Shown: one piece after another, positions 24,401-37,900 of the stretch
Layout of the letters: each line of letters begins with the position of its first letter
Numbering within the stretch: the stretch's first letter is position 1
DNA from: Tubiluchus corallicola
Lineage: Eukaryota; Animalia; Priapulida
NCBI GenBank assembly: GCA_030141605.1
Contig: JAQGDQ010000056.1
Span: forward strand, 62,001 to 126,000
DNA length: 64,000 bases
Direction of reading: 5' to 3'
Notes under the pieces: generated by a model
Databases searched by the model: none
Seen by the model: only the letters and a program-made list of their open reading frames with translations
What the model was told of the DNA's origin: nothing
Translations under genes and position numbers: made by a program

Positions 24401-27400
24401 GAGCAGAAAATCCATTGATAGTGAATGTAAGTCACGAGAATTTGATGCTACCTGTCACACAGAATGCTTAATCAGAACTGACTCGAAGCGTCCACTTAAA
24501 GAATCTGGATTTGTTAAAACTGTAGGAGGCAATATTGCTTCAGAAAACTCAGCGCATTTTCCAGTTCGAAATCATAATTTGAATAACACCATAGTAACTG
24601 ACAAAGATGTCAAAACTTCCACTGGTGCTGAGTTTAATGCAATGTATGCAAACAAATATCGTCTGGACGTTAAAATGTTAAAAAATGGCAGCGAGATACT
24701 AAATTCTTCAAATAATTCTGTCTTTTCAGCTCATACCACCACCTTGTCTACAGTTACATCGAAAATTTCTGGTAAATCACTACCTCAGACAGAAGAAAGC
24801 CCATGTTTAACTACAACAATTTGTAGACCAGGAAATTCCATTTCTGACTGTACATTAACATGCAACTTTCCCACAACAACAGCTCATTGTGAACTGGTGT
24901 CATCATGTAGTGAACCAGCAAATTCAATGCCAGCTTTAAGACATAACTTTTCCTCAACAACAGCACAGTGTGAACTGGTCTCACCTAAAAGTAAACCAGC
25001 AGAAGCAATTCCAACAGAAACAGCAACAGTGTCATGTAAGCAAGATATGTTCACTTTTAAAGAGAATCAATCAAATGGCTTGATTGTTGCCAGTACATCT
25101 GGGCTGCTACCTATCGCTTTGGTTCCTGCAACAACAATTACCAAGGATAACGTAAGAAATCAGTTAACTGCATTTGTTCCCACTGTGGTAACTTCTGCTG
25201 GAAATTGTAATGCTTTATCTGTGGCACCAAAGTGGCCTACCAATAGTACAGAAAAAAAAGTAGAACACGTTAGTGCCACAGATCCTTCCACAATATCATC
25301 TTTGAATGAACGTGATAAAGCATGTAAACTTTCGGAAGTGCGTGAATTGTGGAAGCGCATTTCTAGACGAAGTTCACCGTGCAAGGTTGAAGGTACATTT
25401 TTCAAGTGTATTCTGTGCCCTTTTGAGACAAATGAAGATGTTAAATATCGATCTCACCTCACAAGAGCTCATCCAAACAAAGCTCAAACTGAGTACTGTT
25501 GTCCGTATTGTTACTTTGTAGCAAAAACTGTAGATGTATTAACTAACCACATTGTTGATATTCATGCTACAGCTTTATGGTTTTGTAAGCAATGTGAAGT
25601 TGGATTTCAAAGTGATGAAGAAGCAGTCCTTCACTTTATTCAAGTACATAAGAAACGACCCAATCAAAGCGATATATTGTTTCCTCGCTCAAATATTTGT
25701 CATGTTATAGTGAACTATTTTGGTAACTTGCGTGCTATGTTCCTTGCACCATTAGAGTGCTGTTCAAGCACTTTTTGGTCAGTGATAAGTTTTTGTGATC
25801 ATTTAAGACGCTGTCATCCTACGGCATCTTTTCTGTGTGACAGATGTCCAAAGAATACAACAGTATATCCTGGTGATGACTATGTAGACCATTTATATTC
25901 CCAGCATTGCATTGGAGAGCATCAGTGTTTTTATTGCAAATATGCAGCTAAAGTGAGGAATACTATGATACGACATCTAAAGATCTCTCACCCAAGAAAA
26001 CCTCTAATATTTTACACTCGAGGTTATTCAGTCAATGAATCATTCGTTTGTGTGCCTAAGTCATTTGCTGTGTTTGCAAACCTTAAACTTGGAGAAAGAC
26101 ATGACAACATTGGTTTAGTTACCTTGCACCAAGAGACTGCTATGACTACATCTGCAATAACAGCCGTTAGCCCTTCACTGTCTTTACCTAAACCTGTTAC
26201 CACAACAATCATGGCAATGTCAGCATGTTCAAGTCCTTGCGAAGTTTCAACCTTGATTTGTCCCAAGCCAGCTGCTGTTCAACAACATGCCACATTGAGA
26301 AACATCCTGAAACTACCAGCAAAGCCATTTATGCCAACTGCAAGTGCACAGCAAATACAGCCAAGTGGAACAGTCACAATGAGATTACCAGCTAATGATG
26401 TAGGAAAGGGACTGCAAATGCCTGCCACCAAACTCGATGGCAATAGTGGTTATAAAATGTTATCAAATGGAAAGTTGTTTAGCCTTGTATCAACAGGTGA
26501 ACCACTAAGGCTAATGGCTGTTCCAGTTACTGAAACACAGGAACACGCTTTTCCTGTACAACAAATGCTGGCTGCATCACTGAATAACCCAATTGTACAA
26601 AATCGTCTAGCTATTCCAGGACAGCAAAAAATCTGTACCAACATTTCTGTACCTGTAGCAAGTTTTGTAAACAATATTAAATCTGATAGCAAACTATCGT
26701 TTTACACAACTGGTCTGGTTTCACAAGTTATACCACAATCTGTAGCATTGAGAACATGGAACAGTGGGACGAAAACATGCAGTGCAACAAGCGATGCATG
26801 TGGAATTAAAGTTGTTGATGTATTCTCTGTAAACAGGTCACCACCTAGCAGCAGTGCTAATTCTAAACAGCCGGCATCTACATTATCTTTAACGAATTCG
26901 ACCATGAAAGCACGATTTGCATCCAGTAAACTTGCAACATTGCTTGGACCTGCATCGGGTGCTCGCACTTATTTAACAGGTACAGTAACTGCATCTGAAA
27001 TAACAACACAAATGCAAGTTATGACACCTTCTGTAAAGATTACTGCAGCATCACACACTACCAGTACTACTTCTCTGAGCTCTAAACATCCTTCTCCTAC
27101 TGTCACTTCTATGCCTGTAGCATTAGCATCCAATGGAGCCACTAGTAGTACATCGAGCAGATTTTTTGAAAGATCAGCTGTGTCATCTTTTCCATGCCAA
27201 AATTCACTGGAACCTACATCTTGTGCAAGCAAGCCTATAAAAGTAGAATGTCCATTGGAACCACTTTCTACAGAGCAAATCAAAACAGAGCAGCTATCTC
27301 CAAGTGGGTGTGACATTAATAGTACCAACGTTCGCGAAACTAGAAAAAGTGTGAAATGTCCAAATGATGTTAGTAAGATGATGAGCGAAATTGAAGTGCT

Positions 27401-29305
27401 TCGTAAAAAGTATAATGTGAATATCTATGCAACTGATGACAAAGGAAATCCAGTTATGGGAGTGTGTGCAAGAGACCCGGCTGAACCAGCAATTGATTAT
27501 CAAAAACCATTAAATGTTCCTGATGAATATAGCAGTGTGCATTCTTATAAATCTCAGCAACATGCGCCCGAGAACATTACCGACTTTGCTTCAAATAGTA
27601 TTTTCCCTTGTGGCTTTATTGGCTGTTGGTTTAGCGCATTGAAACTTTCTGAACTTGCCACACACACCAAAAAGCACCACAATGACAGTATTTCATACCC
27701 TTGTGGCATATGTGACAAGGAATTTTCTAGCGTGATAAGCTTGAATCATCACCATGCTAAAACACACAAGCACAGATTATGTGAATGGCCACTTTGTTTT
27801 GAGACTTTTGTTAATTCAAGTGCAATGGCTAGTCATCACAGTCTAGCACATGAAAATGTACTAGCTGGTTCTGAAAAGCATGTCGGTAATTCCTCAAACG
27901 CAAAATATTCAGACTCAAGGAAGTCATCATTGGCTATGTTAACAGACCTAACTCCTAGTTTTAAAACAAAAGGAATGGCATTTCCGCAACAAAAAGTGAT
28001 TCCACAACAAAAACAAGTTGATGCACCAAGTTTAGCTCCTATTAAGTTTAAATCTTGGGATAGCGCCCTTTTTAAATCTAAGAAAGGATTTCTTTCTTCA
28101 GATAAGAAAATGACTAACATATGTGCACAGGCTAAGGCGGCTGTGTGTGTGGGTAAGCAGAAATCCGATCTTAGCCCAGAAAAAATGAAAAATATTACGG
28201 CTGAAAAGCCATTGCCTAAACTGATATGTGCTAATTTAAAGAGTACACAGATGGATTATGCGATGTATGGTATCCCGAACTTGCATATATTTAAGCAAGT
28301 AATTAAATGCTTGTTATGCAATGACTACTACACTAAGACGCGCCTGAATTTAATAAGACATTTGAAGAATAGCCATCCTAATTCTGCTGTTTCTGTCAAG
28401 GAAGTATGCCGAATGCCGCCAGATACAAAACGATTGGTTAGAAAGGCTACTTCAGCAGATAGCAAAACTAATGAAATAAATGTGGATACAGTTTCAAGCA
28501 GTGATCATTCAGTATGTGCTGTTCCAGAACAATGCCTGAAAGCTGCCTCGGAGAAACCTTCGGTTAGTCAATCATTGTGTGATGTTATCACTTCCAAAAG
28601 TGTTTCAGTATCTACAGCATATAGCAGTATAGAAGCTGCCAAAGATTCTTGTGCAGTCACGAAGATTCTTTCTTCTGTTTGTGAAACGGCTTTTAAAAGT
28701 AGCAAAGAAAAGGGCAAAGGAATTGCCACAGATAATAGTGGTACTAATGAAGAAGACAAAGCAGTTGTCAGAGGTGGTGATGGTAAAGAAAAATTGTTTG
28801 ATAACGTTGCTCAGCCTGTTAGTTTTACTACCACCACAACATCTGAAGCACAAAACCATTCCTGGCATAGCTTGACCAGCAAAGATGTAGATTTTTTTGC
28901 TTCGAGTGGTAATGTTTTCTCAGGGGCATCTCGTAAGATGCGCGCAAGGACTGCAACTGTTTCTTCAAGTCTTAGCAAATGCTCTTCTGCTGTATCAACA
29001 TGCTGTGTCAGCCCACTGAAAAAACTTGCACTCAACTCAACTAAGAAAGCAGTTAAGCAAAAGAAAGTGCAGGGAGTCAAACAGAAGGCTAACATGTTGA
29101 AGAAGAAGATACACATGCCACCTAAAGCATCAGACGTCGCAGATCCTAATTTCGTCACTAGAAAATACGGGATTCCTTACATTTATGTGGCAAATATGGA
29201 ATATCATTGCTTGATTGGCGGATGTCCATTTGTTGCAGATGATGGGAAAGTGTTGCAACTTCATGTGAGGCATGTTCACCCAGGTGCTACAGAACTTCCT
29301 TGCAA
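18423..29305 (+). CDS. Zinc-finger gene, giant coding exon 1 (exon 18418-29305, 10,888 bp)
   Basis: Open frame of more than 3600 codons. C2H2 clusters lie near 22510-22960, 23765-23920, 25405-25990, 27605-27850, 28310-28380 and 29210-29280. Ends at donor AA|GTAAGC. Confidence 0.92.
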
Positions 29306-32300
29306 GTAAGCATTGTTGTAGTAATACATAGTTATTTTCTTACTGTTTGTATTCAGTATTAATTTTTTTATTTTTGCCTTAAGAAAATTCATAAAAATTA
29401 TAAATGTAATTTCACGCACAAAGTTGAATGTAGCATTATTGTGATCACTTGAAATGAGAGGACTTTGCCTGTATCACACCTTCTTGTAATGTCATTAAAT
29501 CTAGCTTTCTCACCTCATGTGGAGTAGTTTACATATTATCACCACGATTTTCCTTCTGGTTTGATATCTGTTTGTTTTGTGCTAGATACTTAACCTCTCT
29601 GTGATCCTTTTGTGAAATCCTGTTCATCATCATCCACTGTTTTCTCTGCACTACCACCATACTGTCTTGATTTGCTGATTTGCCATTTTATTTGACCTGT
29701 TAACCTTAACTTGTTCTTCGTTGCCGTCATCCAAAGTGAATTAGTGAATGGTCTATGGTTGACCTTATTACTTGGCCCGTTATTGTGATCTTACCATTAT
29801 CAGCTTTCTCGACATATTTACTTTTGCCTTCACTCAAGTTCCTTTAAAGTTTAAACAAGCACTATTTTTAATGTTTTTATTGATGCACAGTTAAGTTTTG
29901 TCCTGGTAATTTTGGTCCGAGGAAATTTTGTTACCGGGAAAATTTGTTACTAGGAATTTTTTGGTATAGGGGAATTTTAGTTATGGGAAAATTGGGTACA
30001 GGGAAAATGTCGTACTGGTAAATACAGTATTGGCGAAGTATTATCAAGCATTTTGGCACAAGGTGAAAAATTTACGGAACATAATTGGCGCTAGAAAAGT
30101 TTAGTATTGGAAAAGTTTATTGAGTAGTAAAGTTTGATACAGAGAAAGTTTGGTGCTATGTAAATACCTTATATATGACCTACTTGAAAAAGTTATAGAA
30201 TTTATTTTGCTGCATTTGTTTTTATTTGATTGTTTGTTTGTCTGTTTTTGTTACTTCGTTCAGTGTTGTTGTTGTTTGTTTGTTTCTTGTTCGCTCCTTT
30301 GCTGTGATCATCACCGTCGTTATCATCATCATCGTCATTGCTGTCATCATTGTTGCTCTTCTTGTTTTGTTGTTGTTATTGTATATGTTATCTTCGTTGT
30401 TGCTGCTGTTGTCATTGCCCTTGTTGGTGTTCTTTGTTTGTTTCTGCTTGATGTAGTTGTTGTCAACATCATTGCTGTCATCATTGTTGCATTTATTCTT
30501 TCGTTGCTGTAGTTGCTGTTGCAGTTATTTTGTAATGAGATATAGAAATGCTCTTCTGTTTTGTAACAAATTTTCCAGTATTAAACTTTGCTGGTGTGAA
30601 ATTTTTCCTGTTCCTACCATATCTTCTTAGTACCAAAATTCCCTTGTGCCACGCTTTCTTAGTACTAAACATCCCGGGTACCATATTTTCCTTCTACCAA
30701 ACATTCCTTATAGTAGATTTTCCTAGTGCCAAAATTTCACAATTTCCCATGCACTAAAAATTCCTTGTACACCAAATTTTTCGAGACACGTTACGGTACC
30801 CAACTTACTTGAACCAAATTTCCTACATCGTTATAGATTTCATAAGACTTTGGATTTTTTTGGGGGGTCTTACTGAACACCAATAAACCCTGGTAGTATA
30901 AAGTTTTTAAAAATGTGAAAAAAAATGCTCTTTTGAACAGTTGATTTTTGAGTACGTTCAGCTAGATCTCACAGCCAAGTAGCATGATCAGATTTTTAAT
31001 TGAGTTCTAATAAGTTGTTATCTCGACTTTGCATGTAGGTTGAATTCGTGACGTAGTGCATCTGAAAATAGTTCTTAGTGATTCATTGATTTTATAGATA
31101 CTGTGACGAAGTGTGTGGATCTGCAAGTGACTTAATTAAACATCTTGGTCTTCATGGACGTAAACTTTCAAAATGTGGTTACTGCAGGTAAATAGTATCT
31201 ATTTCCGTTATTGTAATTTGATACCTTACTTTATGTGATAAAATTGACAGTGTGTGTTTATGAAATTAGAATATTTTTCCTACTGTACTATTTGGTCTTA
31301 TTTGTAGGTTCTGTGCTGACTCTCCGTTTAAAGTACAGTGCCACTGCAATACAGTGCATGCGAATAAAAGACCTGAGATCATTGTACTCAGGAATTTGCC
31401 TGGTAGTGTACTGCAATTACAGCTGCCTAGTAAATATGTGTCTGTTCCTCAATACCGGCAGCCATTCACATATACAATCAAAGTGGATATGTGCAGTAAC
31501 GATCAAGCTAAAACACCAGATGGATCCAAATCTGTAGATGTAGCCAAGCAATCGCGGGACATTAAAGATGCCCAGCGTCCAGAAAATAAACATGTTATAC
31601 ATAAAAGTGTAATGGCTAAAGCTATGTCCAACAAAATAAAGCTTGAGAACGAAGATATTGCAGGTTGCAAGGTTTCAAAAGATATAGTATCAAAGAAAGC
31701 TGTAAATAAAGCCAATGTGGCTGATAAAACAGTTGATATATCTCCGTCACTTAACTGCAAGGTAGTTGTCTTAAAAACTGTAAGTGAAAACACTTCTCTT
31801 GTAAAAGAAGTTACGTCGCCTATTAAAGAAATTCCCGAATTGACTCGTTCTAAATGTGTTTTATCAGTTGACCAAATTTTGGCAAATTCTGATTTGTATT
31901 ACTGTTGGCTTTGTAAGCGTGCATATCAAAGTTCGCGAATGAGGCGACATATGATGCAAAGTCACTACCACTATAAGCCTTACCAGTGTGGTTACTGTGA
32001 CTTTGATGGTTACAATAAAGTGACTGTTGTTAGTCATTGCAGCAGTCATCATCCAAAAAATGCTCTGCTTATCATCAGTGACCTGCATGAGAGCAAAGAT
32101 TTTAAAAAGCAGCTAATGTTAAACGACATTGCTGCAGACATGAAGAAGGCGAAATGTCTTTGGTACAACAAATGTGATGAAGAAAAAAGAAAACTTGTGG
32201 CAGAGGCTAGGGAAAAAACTCCAGGATACTTTCGAGGAAGTTTGAAGACAGATCAGCTGGCAGTTGTGGAAAAAAAAGGTTGCAACAGGGATACGAAGAT

Positions 32301-34951
32301 AAACAGTTCTAGTAACAAACGTGATGAAAGTGGCCACAAGGTGCAGTCATACAATGATCAGGTGACAGCTCCAAAAAAGAAAAACGAAGAGGCAATAAAA
32401 CTAAAGCATTGTCAAGAAAAGGGTGAGTAATTCACAGCAAAACAAATAGTATTTATCTCTTTGTAAAACTACTCATTAAAAGCTCAAATTTTTGTTTCAT
32501 AAGCGGAAAAATTGTGATGCAAGTTTACTGTGAGCTTTAATTTTGGGGCAGCCCAGGTATTGCATCGTTGTCCAGCAGGCTATTCTGAAATGAACTTAAT
32601 TTTTTAGAATAAAGATATCTTTTCTCATTAATTTATAAGCAATAGTTGCACTAATTTGCAGTTATTAAGCAGTATATGCATGGGTATCTCGCTGTTTATA
32701 AAAAAACTGCTTTTTAAAATTCAACGCGATAAATTGTTTTCACACAAAAGTAGCTGATTTTCATTAGTAGTATAACTAGTCTATATAAGTTGCTTTACTA
32801 TCTGCTAATTGATTAACACACTGCATACAGTATGTAGTGTATTACTTTTTATTTTAAAGCCTTGCAAAATTACTGATTAATGAATTGCAAAAAAGTCAGG
32901 GCTTTATACTCACATTAAATTTTTTGAGTAGGTGAACTAATGTTTATTGTCAGTCAAGAAAAAACTGGAGCAATGGATCTGAAAAAAGTATGCACGTAAT
33001 TACACATGGTCTTAAGAAAAAGAAATAAAAAAAGAGTAAAAATGTCCAATGTTTTTATTGGTTTTCATATATTAATTAAGACATGCACGTACATAGTCTA
33101 TCAAGAACCAGAACACTCTTCATTTACCATCAGAAATTAAGCTGTGACAGACCTGTAACCTTCATATCATATGATCTCATACCAGTACGTTTTGCGCAAT
33201 TGTCCAAAAATATATTGCTACTGTGTTGTGTCGACTGTGGAATCAGCTGTGTTCTTAAAAATGCTTCTGACTCATTTTGTGAGCATGGCATATGTGAAAC
33301 TTAAACCTATCATATTTCGAAGTACAGCAGTAATATATATATGCTAATAGCATCTTCGCATGCTGTACATTTGTATGCCTCTATTTTGTATTAAAGTAAA
33401 TTGAATTCATTTTTAGAACTTTCCATATCATCACAATGCAAAACATCAACGTCTGCCATAGGGGTTAAGCGAAAAAATTTAGCACCGTGTGAACCGCTTA
33501 GCAAGAAGAAGAAGCAAGAAGAGTTAAACACTTTCAAGAAGAAGTCCAAAGGTACGCAAGGAATATTTTCAATTTTACAGCAAAAATCAAAACTTTAAAT
33601 TTTGAAATAGTTTTTTATTTACTGTCGAGCTTATCCTAGTTCCTAGCTGAGTTGTAATCGGTTGATTTCATCTTACTCTTTCTATTTAGAAATTTAGTTA
33701 ATCACTTTTATGTACCGAACTACAGGACATTGACTGATGTTTTCCTGCAACCAGAATGCTAGGTGTTAATGGAAAATGTCAATTCCTGTACAGAGTTGTG
33801 AAATTGTTTTTTTTAATTATAGTGCAATAAAATTAGTTGGAACTGCCTTGCCATAAAACTTGTACAGTACATGATCAGTTTAAAAGACTGACTTAAGCAA
33901 TATAGGTTTAAGCTACATAAGTTAATAACCCCAAATAAACTTTGCAGATAATAATTAATCATGATGATGATGATAATGAATATTTAGTCATGCGATATAT
34001 ACGTGCAAGGCTTCTATTTGCAGACCACGTTTTTGAGCTATAGCATGATAAACGTGTAGTCTATGTATATGTCACAAGTGTATGGGTACCACGCAATTAA
34101 GAATAAAACATTTCAGCAAATAGGTATAATAAATAAGAGATCTGCTTGTTCAACCTTAACAAACGTCAATGTGATTTTATGCTATAGAGTAGTATTTGGC
34201 AATTTCTTGTGACAGCATAAAAACTTAAATTAAAAAAATAGGAAACTAATTACCTTGTGACAGACAGACAGGGTTTTTATTATTTTAAAAGTGTTCAGCT
34301 CATGTTGTGTCCCAAGCTGGGAGAGATTTAATCCATGCAGCAAGTTTTTTAAATTTTTTTTAATTGGAGAAAACATAAGTCTGGTTCTATCTAACCTTGC
34401 CAGACACTGTACATCTGCATTATTGTTACGTAAGCACAATGTTTCATCACTACAATGTCTCTGTTTTGCTGCTAAATGAGTTTTAGTTGCAGGAATCTTG
34501 CATGGCTGAAAAAATGAAAACAATGATACTCCATTGATGTTAACTCTCACAGTACCCCTACATTCTCTGTGGCTGTTTGAAAGTTGCTTTTGTTATACAG
34601 CAGCCAGTAAGACAAAAGGAGACTGATTGGCCATTTTCAGGTGGACCGTCGCTGGTTGATTGATGTTTACCCATCCTTGTATAGTTATAGTTATTGTTCA
34701 AATGAAAGTTTTTGTGTATCTTCTTTTTTCAGATAAATTCATAATTTACTGTGCTGAATTTTTGAAACAATATAAACCATTTTGTTATTTCAGAATGGTC
34801 GACCTATGGATGCCCATCATCACCAATTGATTTAGAGCAAGTGTATTGCTTCCCTGACAAAAAATCTAAAGTTAAATTGTCGGTGGCACAGCTGAAAATG
34901 GAGACTAATTTGGATCCTAAAGTTTGTTTGTTAATGACACCTAGTGAATAA
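18423..34951 (+). CDS. Very large multi-C2H2 zinc-finger protein (about 4126 aa, roughly 20 fingers); join(18423..29305,31098..31187,31308..32422,33417..33551,34794..34951)
   Basis: Acceptor tttttag at 18417 then ATG 18423. All five exons have GT-AG boundaries with matching phases (2,2,1,1), and the total of 12381 nt is divisible by 3. Two C2H2 fingers (CKYC..HLGLH, CGYC..HCNTVH) are completed only by the predicted splices. No ortholog was recognised. Confidence 0.85.
29905..30825. mobile_element. Foldback-like element: inverted arms of degenerate ~16-bp tandem repeats around a GTT/CAT low-complexity core
   Basis: The left arm repeats ggaaattttg(g/t)tac and the right arm repeats the reverse complement gtaccaaaatttcc. 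The core 30225-30530 is rich in (GTT)n and (CAT)n. Lies in intron 1 of the zinc-finger CDS. Confidence 0.65.
31098..31187 (+). CDS. Zinc-finger gene, coding exon 2
   Basis: ttttatag| ...YCDEVCGSASDLIKHLGLHGRKLSKCGYC... AG|gtaaat. Completes the finger begun by PCK at the end of exon 1. Confidence 0.85.
31308..32422 (+). CDS. Zinc-finger gene, coding exon 3
   Basis: tttgtag| FCADSPFKVQCHCNTVH...; contains CWLC..HMMQSH-YHYKPY-QCGYC..HCSSHH; donor G|gtgagt. Confidence 0.88.
33417..33551 (+). CDS. Zinc-finger gene, coding exon 4 (lysine-rich, NLS-like)
   Basis: tttttag| ELSISSQ...KRKN...SKKKKQ...KKKSK G|gtacgc. Symmetric phase-1 exon of 135 nt. Confidence 0.7.
34794..34951 (+). CDS. Zinc-finger gene, last coding exon
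   Basis: ttatttcag| (E)WSTYGCPSSPIDLEQVYCFPDKKSKVKLSVAQLKMETNLDPKVCLLMTPSE*. The phase fits the preceding donor. Confidence 0.7.
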
Positions 34952-37900
34952 GACCAATAGAAAAATTTTTAATTGTCTTGAAACCAATAAGTTTGCCATT
35001 ATTCCTCTCGTTACATAATAAGACTAGTGTGATTATGGACTATTGTTACATGTGTTTTGAAAGATATTGCTGCATTAATGACAGTAATGATATGAAAAGA
35101 CATACTACTGGGTTTAATTTTACACAGATGCATTACATTCAGTTTTGTTTATTTTGCTAAGTTTATACGGTGTTTTAGAGATAAATGGTATTGTAGTTTT
35201 GCTTAAAAAGTCATGATTTTCTTTTCCGGCCAAAGAAAATGTTGTAAGCATAATTTTAGTTTCATGGTGGCATAGTTTGTCATAAATCTAGTCTAAAACA
35301 GAATAAAATGACAAACTCTGCTTCATTCTGCTATTTTCAGTGCATTAGTTTTTACTGAAATGACATAAAAATGTGCAGAATTTGTGATGTTATAGTGCTC
35401 TTACAACACAAGTGTAGGAATACCAATTGTGCTATAAATTGATTTTCATCATTTGGTTAGTTTTTTGTGGCTTTTGTTCTTTAATGAGTTTAAGCAGTCA
35501 AAGGTTTGATGACTATTTGCTTACACATTTGTGATTACCTGTAAATACAACGGGCATTACTGGACGACTAACTGATGAAAGGCCTACATAAAAACTACCT
35601 CAGCTGTTTTTAGCTATATTGCATATACTGTGCAAGTAATTTATATTCTCATGTGGATGTGAATGCTCTTTATATGATTGCATACTCTGCTGTTGATAAA
35701 TTTAGTTTAATTTTAATATTTTAATATCTTGTTTTTCAAGTTACATTTAGCAGCAAGAGATTATGCAGTTATTCAGTTGAAATAAATCGACAACAATTTT
35801 GTGTGGTTATTTTGTGGCAGAAAAATTGTTTCAAACTGTATTCTTTGCATGCTTCTTTTGTTTTTGGGAGGTAATCATGTTTTAATTGCTATGACATCGT
35901 GTCGTGTCCTGGGAAACAAGCATGTTTCGAACATTGTATTTCCAAAGAAACATGTCAGTTGTAAGTCACAAATAATATGGTCTGCCCATAAGCAACAGTA
36001 TTTAGAACAAGGAATAATGAAATGTATCCACCATATCATCTAGTAGTATGTATTTATATAAACTGCAATCGATGTAAATTTTTTTGTCGTAGTTTTGTAA
36101 ATTATTTTGTGCAAGGATTGCTTAGAATATGTTAGTGCATTTTTTACGTACCTATTCTGGGTACAATACGCCCAATTGTCTTAGGCTATTCTGTTTTACT
36201 CATCAACTGTTGTGTCTTTATTGTACAACACTTAGTTGTCAGTGTAAATACGGGTTATTGGTTTGTTATTATTGTATTGTATCATCAGCCAATTAAAAAT
36301 TATGATGAAGTTTTGTAAAAATAGATTTTGATTCCATATTCTCATGCTTTCTGAATACTATGATGTGATTTAACTATTCAAATAGTGTACATTTCACTTC
36401 CCTTAGGAAACATGAACAGCTAATCAAACTGCATATTTATAAAATTACAAAGATAAAGATACGTTGCTGAAAATATTCCAATGCACAAATTAAGCTGTTT
36501 ATCTGCAAAACAGATTTATAAGCAATTCTTCCACAGCTGGCAACAAAGCTGTGGCAGTATATAACTTGGGCTCTTCAGATTTATCAATGTCACATTCCAT
36601 TGAATAAACTTCGTTTTTCTTTTTATGCCCGTGTTATTTACACCCTGTAGATGTAGTTTTGTAACACACAGCTGATGAAGCTTGAGGAAAGCCTACCCAG
36701 CTCGAATAAATACCAGCACTTATTATTAATGAGTTACAACTGCTAGAAAAATTAAAAAAAGTTGAATGTGTATAATATTAATGTTTTAGCTGTAAATGAA
36801 TTTATGTATACTAGTTCCTTAAATAATAGTTACAAGTATTTTCCAACAGCTGCAAAATGAAAGTCAGAACTAATGTAGCACCTTACTTCATTATTTTTAT
36901 TCCACGTCTTGACTGTGGTCATTTACAGCAGTACATGTACAATAATATCACTAATTTTTGGAATTTGTGAGGCTAAAAAGCTTAATTTCCATTTCTGACT
37001 ACTAAGTTTAAGCAAAGTGCAAAATACAAATCTACTACTATTCACTTTTCTGTAGTCAGAGTTTAACTTAAAAATCCCAATTTTTTACAAAAAAATAAAT
37101 TAAGCATGTTAACTGCAATGGTCTAAAAACCTACTTGACTAGACATTTAATTGCCTGAGAAAAATACATTACAATCACTAACACTTGAGAATATTATGCA
37201 TACCGGCCAGGTATAGTGGGGCTCACCGAGTGCTCTGATGCAATACGGGTGGATTAACGTATTACAGTAAATATTCACGGCAAGCACACTGTACTTTGAC
37301 TGTGTCAATTAATGATGTCAATGCATTTAAAATACATACATAAATATCTACTTAAATTATAGAGCAGCACATCTCGATGTAGGCAGTTAAAAAATGTAGG
37401 TCAGATGAGATCACTTAAATTCGATGATACTATATATGATTGTGGTAGTTTGATAAACAATAATATGAATTAATATATTCACAATTTTTGTTGTAAAAAG
37501 TTTGTAAATCAACTAGATGTTTTACAAGTTGTTCACAGGATTAGTAACAAATTTACCAACAAAAGCTTGACTTATATTCTTATACAAACGACTTATGAAC
37601 AACTGCAACGTAGAGCATATCATCACAGATACATATGACTACACAGCTGAAGACAATAATATGGCCCACAGGCCCTATTAATATGGCTAATGTTTATTGA
37701 GAACCTATAGTATCTATATTTTATAAAGATATAGAATGCAAAGTAACTATATTTTAAAAAGTAACAAATTCCATTTAGAAACAATTGTTATTGTGTGATT
37801 ATCTTGGCTCCTTTTAAAATGTTGTAAGTCAATTGCGCTTGGATTATCTAGAAGTAGGTTACTGCATTTACATTTCATGACCAAATTTCTGCTTCAATAA

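Noticed and set aside
18738-29158. Many antisense and alternative-frame ORFs within the giant exon, and likewise within the PTP gene
   Set aside because: They are shadow ORFs expected from codon bias in a long coding region and have no recognisable motifs.
29450-29830. Possible decayed LINE linker region on the minus strand (LWMT... motif)
   Set aside because: The similarity is faint and broken by stops. It cannot be supported without an alignment.
30150-30512. Cys/His/Val-rich ORFs that look like a membrane or metal-binding peptide
   Set aside because: They are translations of a GTT/CAT low-complexity tract inside a foldback repeat in an intron.
36672-36710. SECIS-like or hammerhead-like ATGA...AAA...GA hairpin in the 3' UTR region
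   Set aside because: The upper stem is too short and poorly paired for a SECIS, neither flanking gene has an in-frame TGA, and GAAA is misplaced for a hammerhead.
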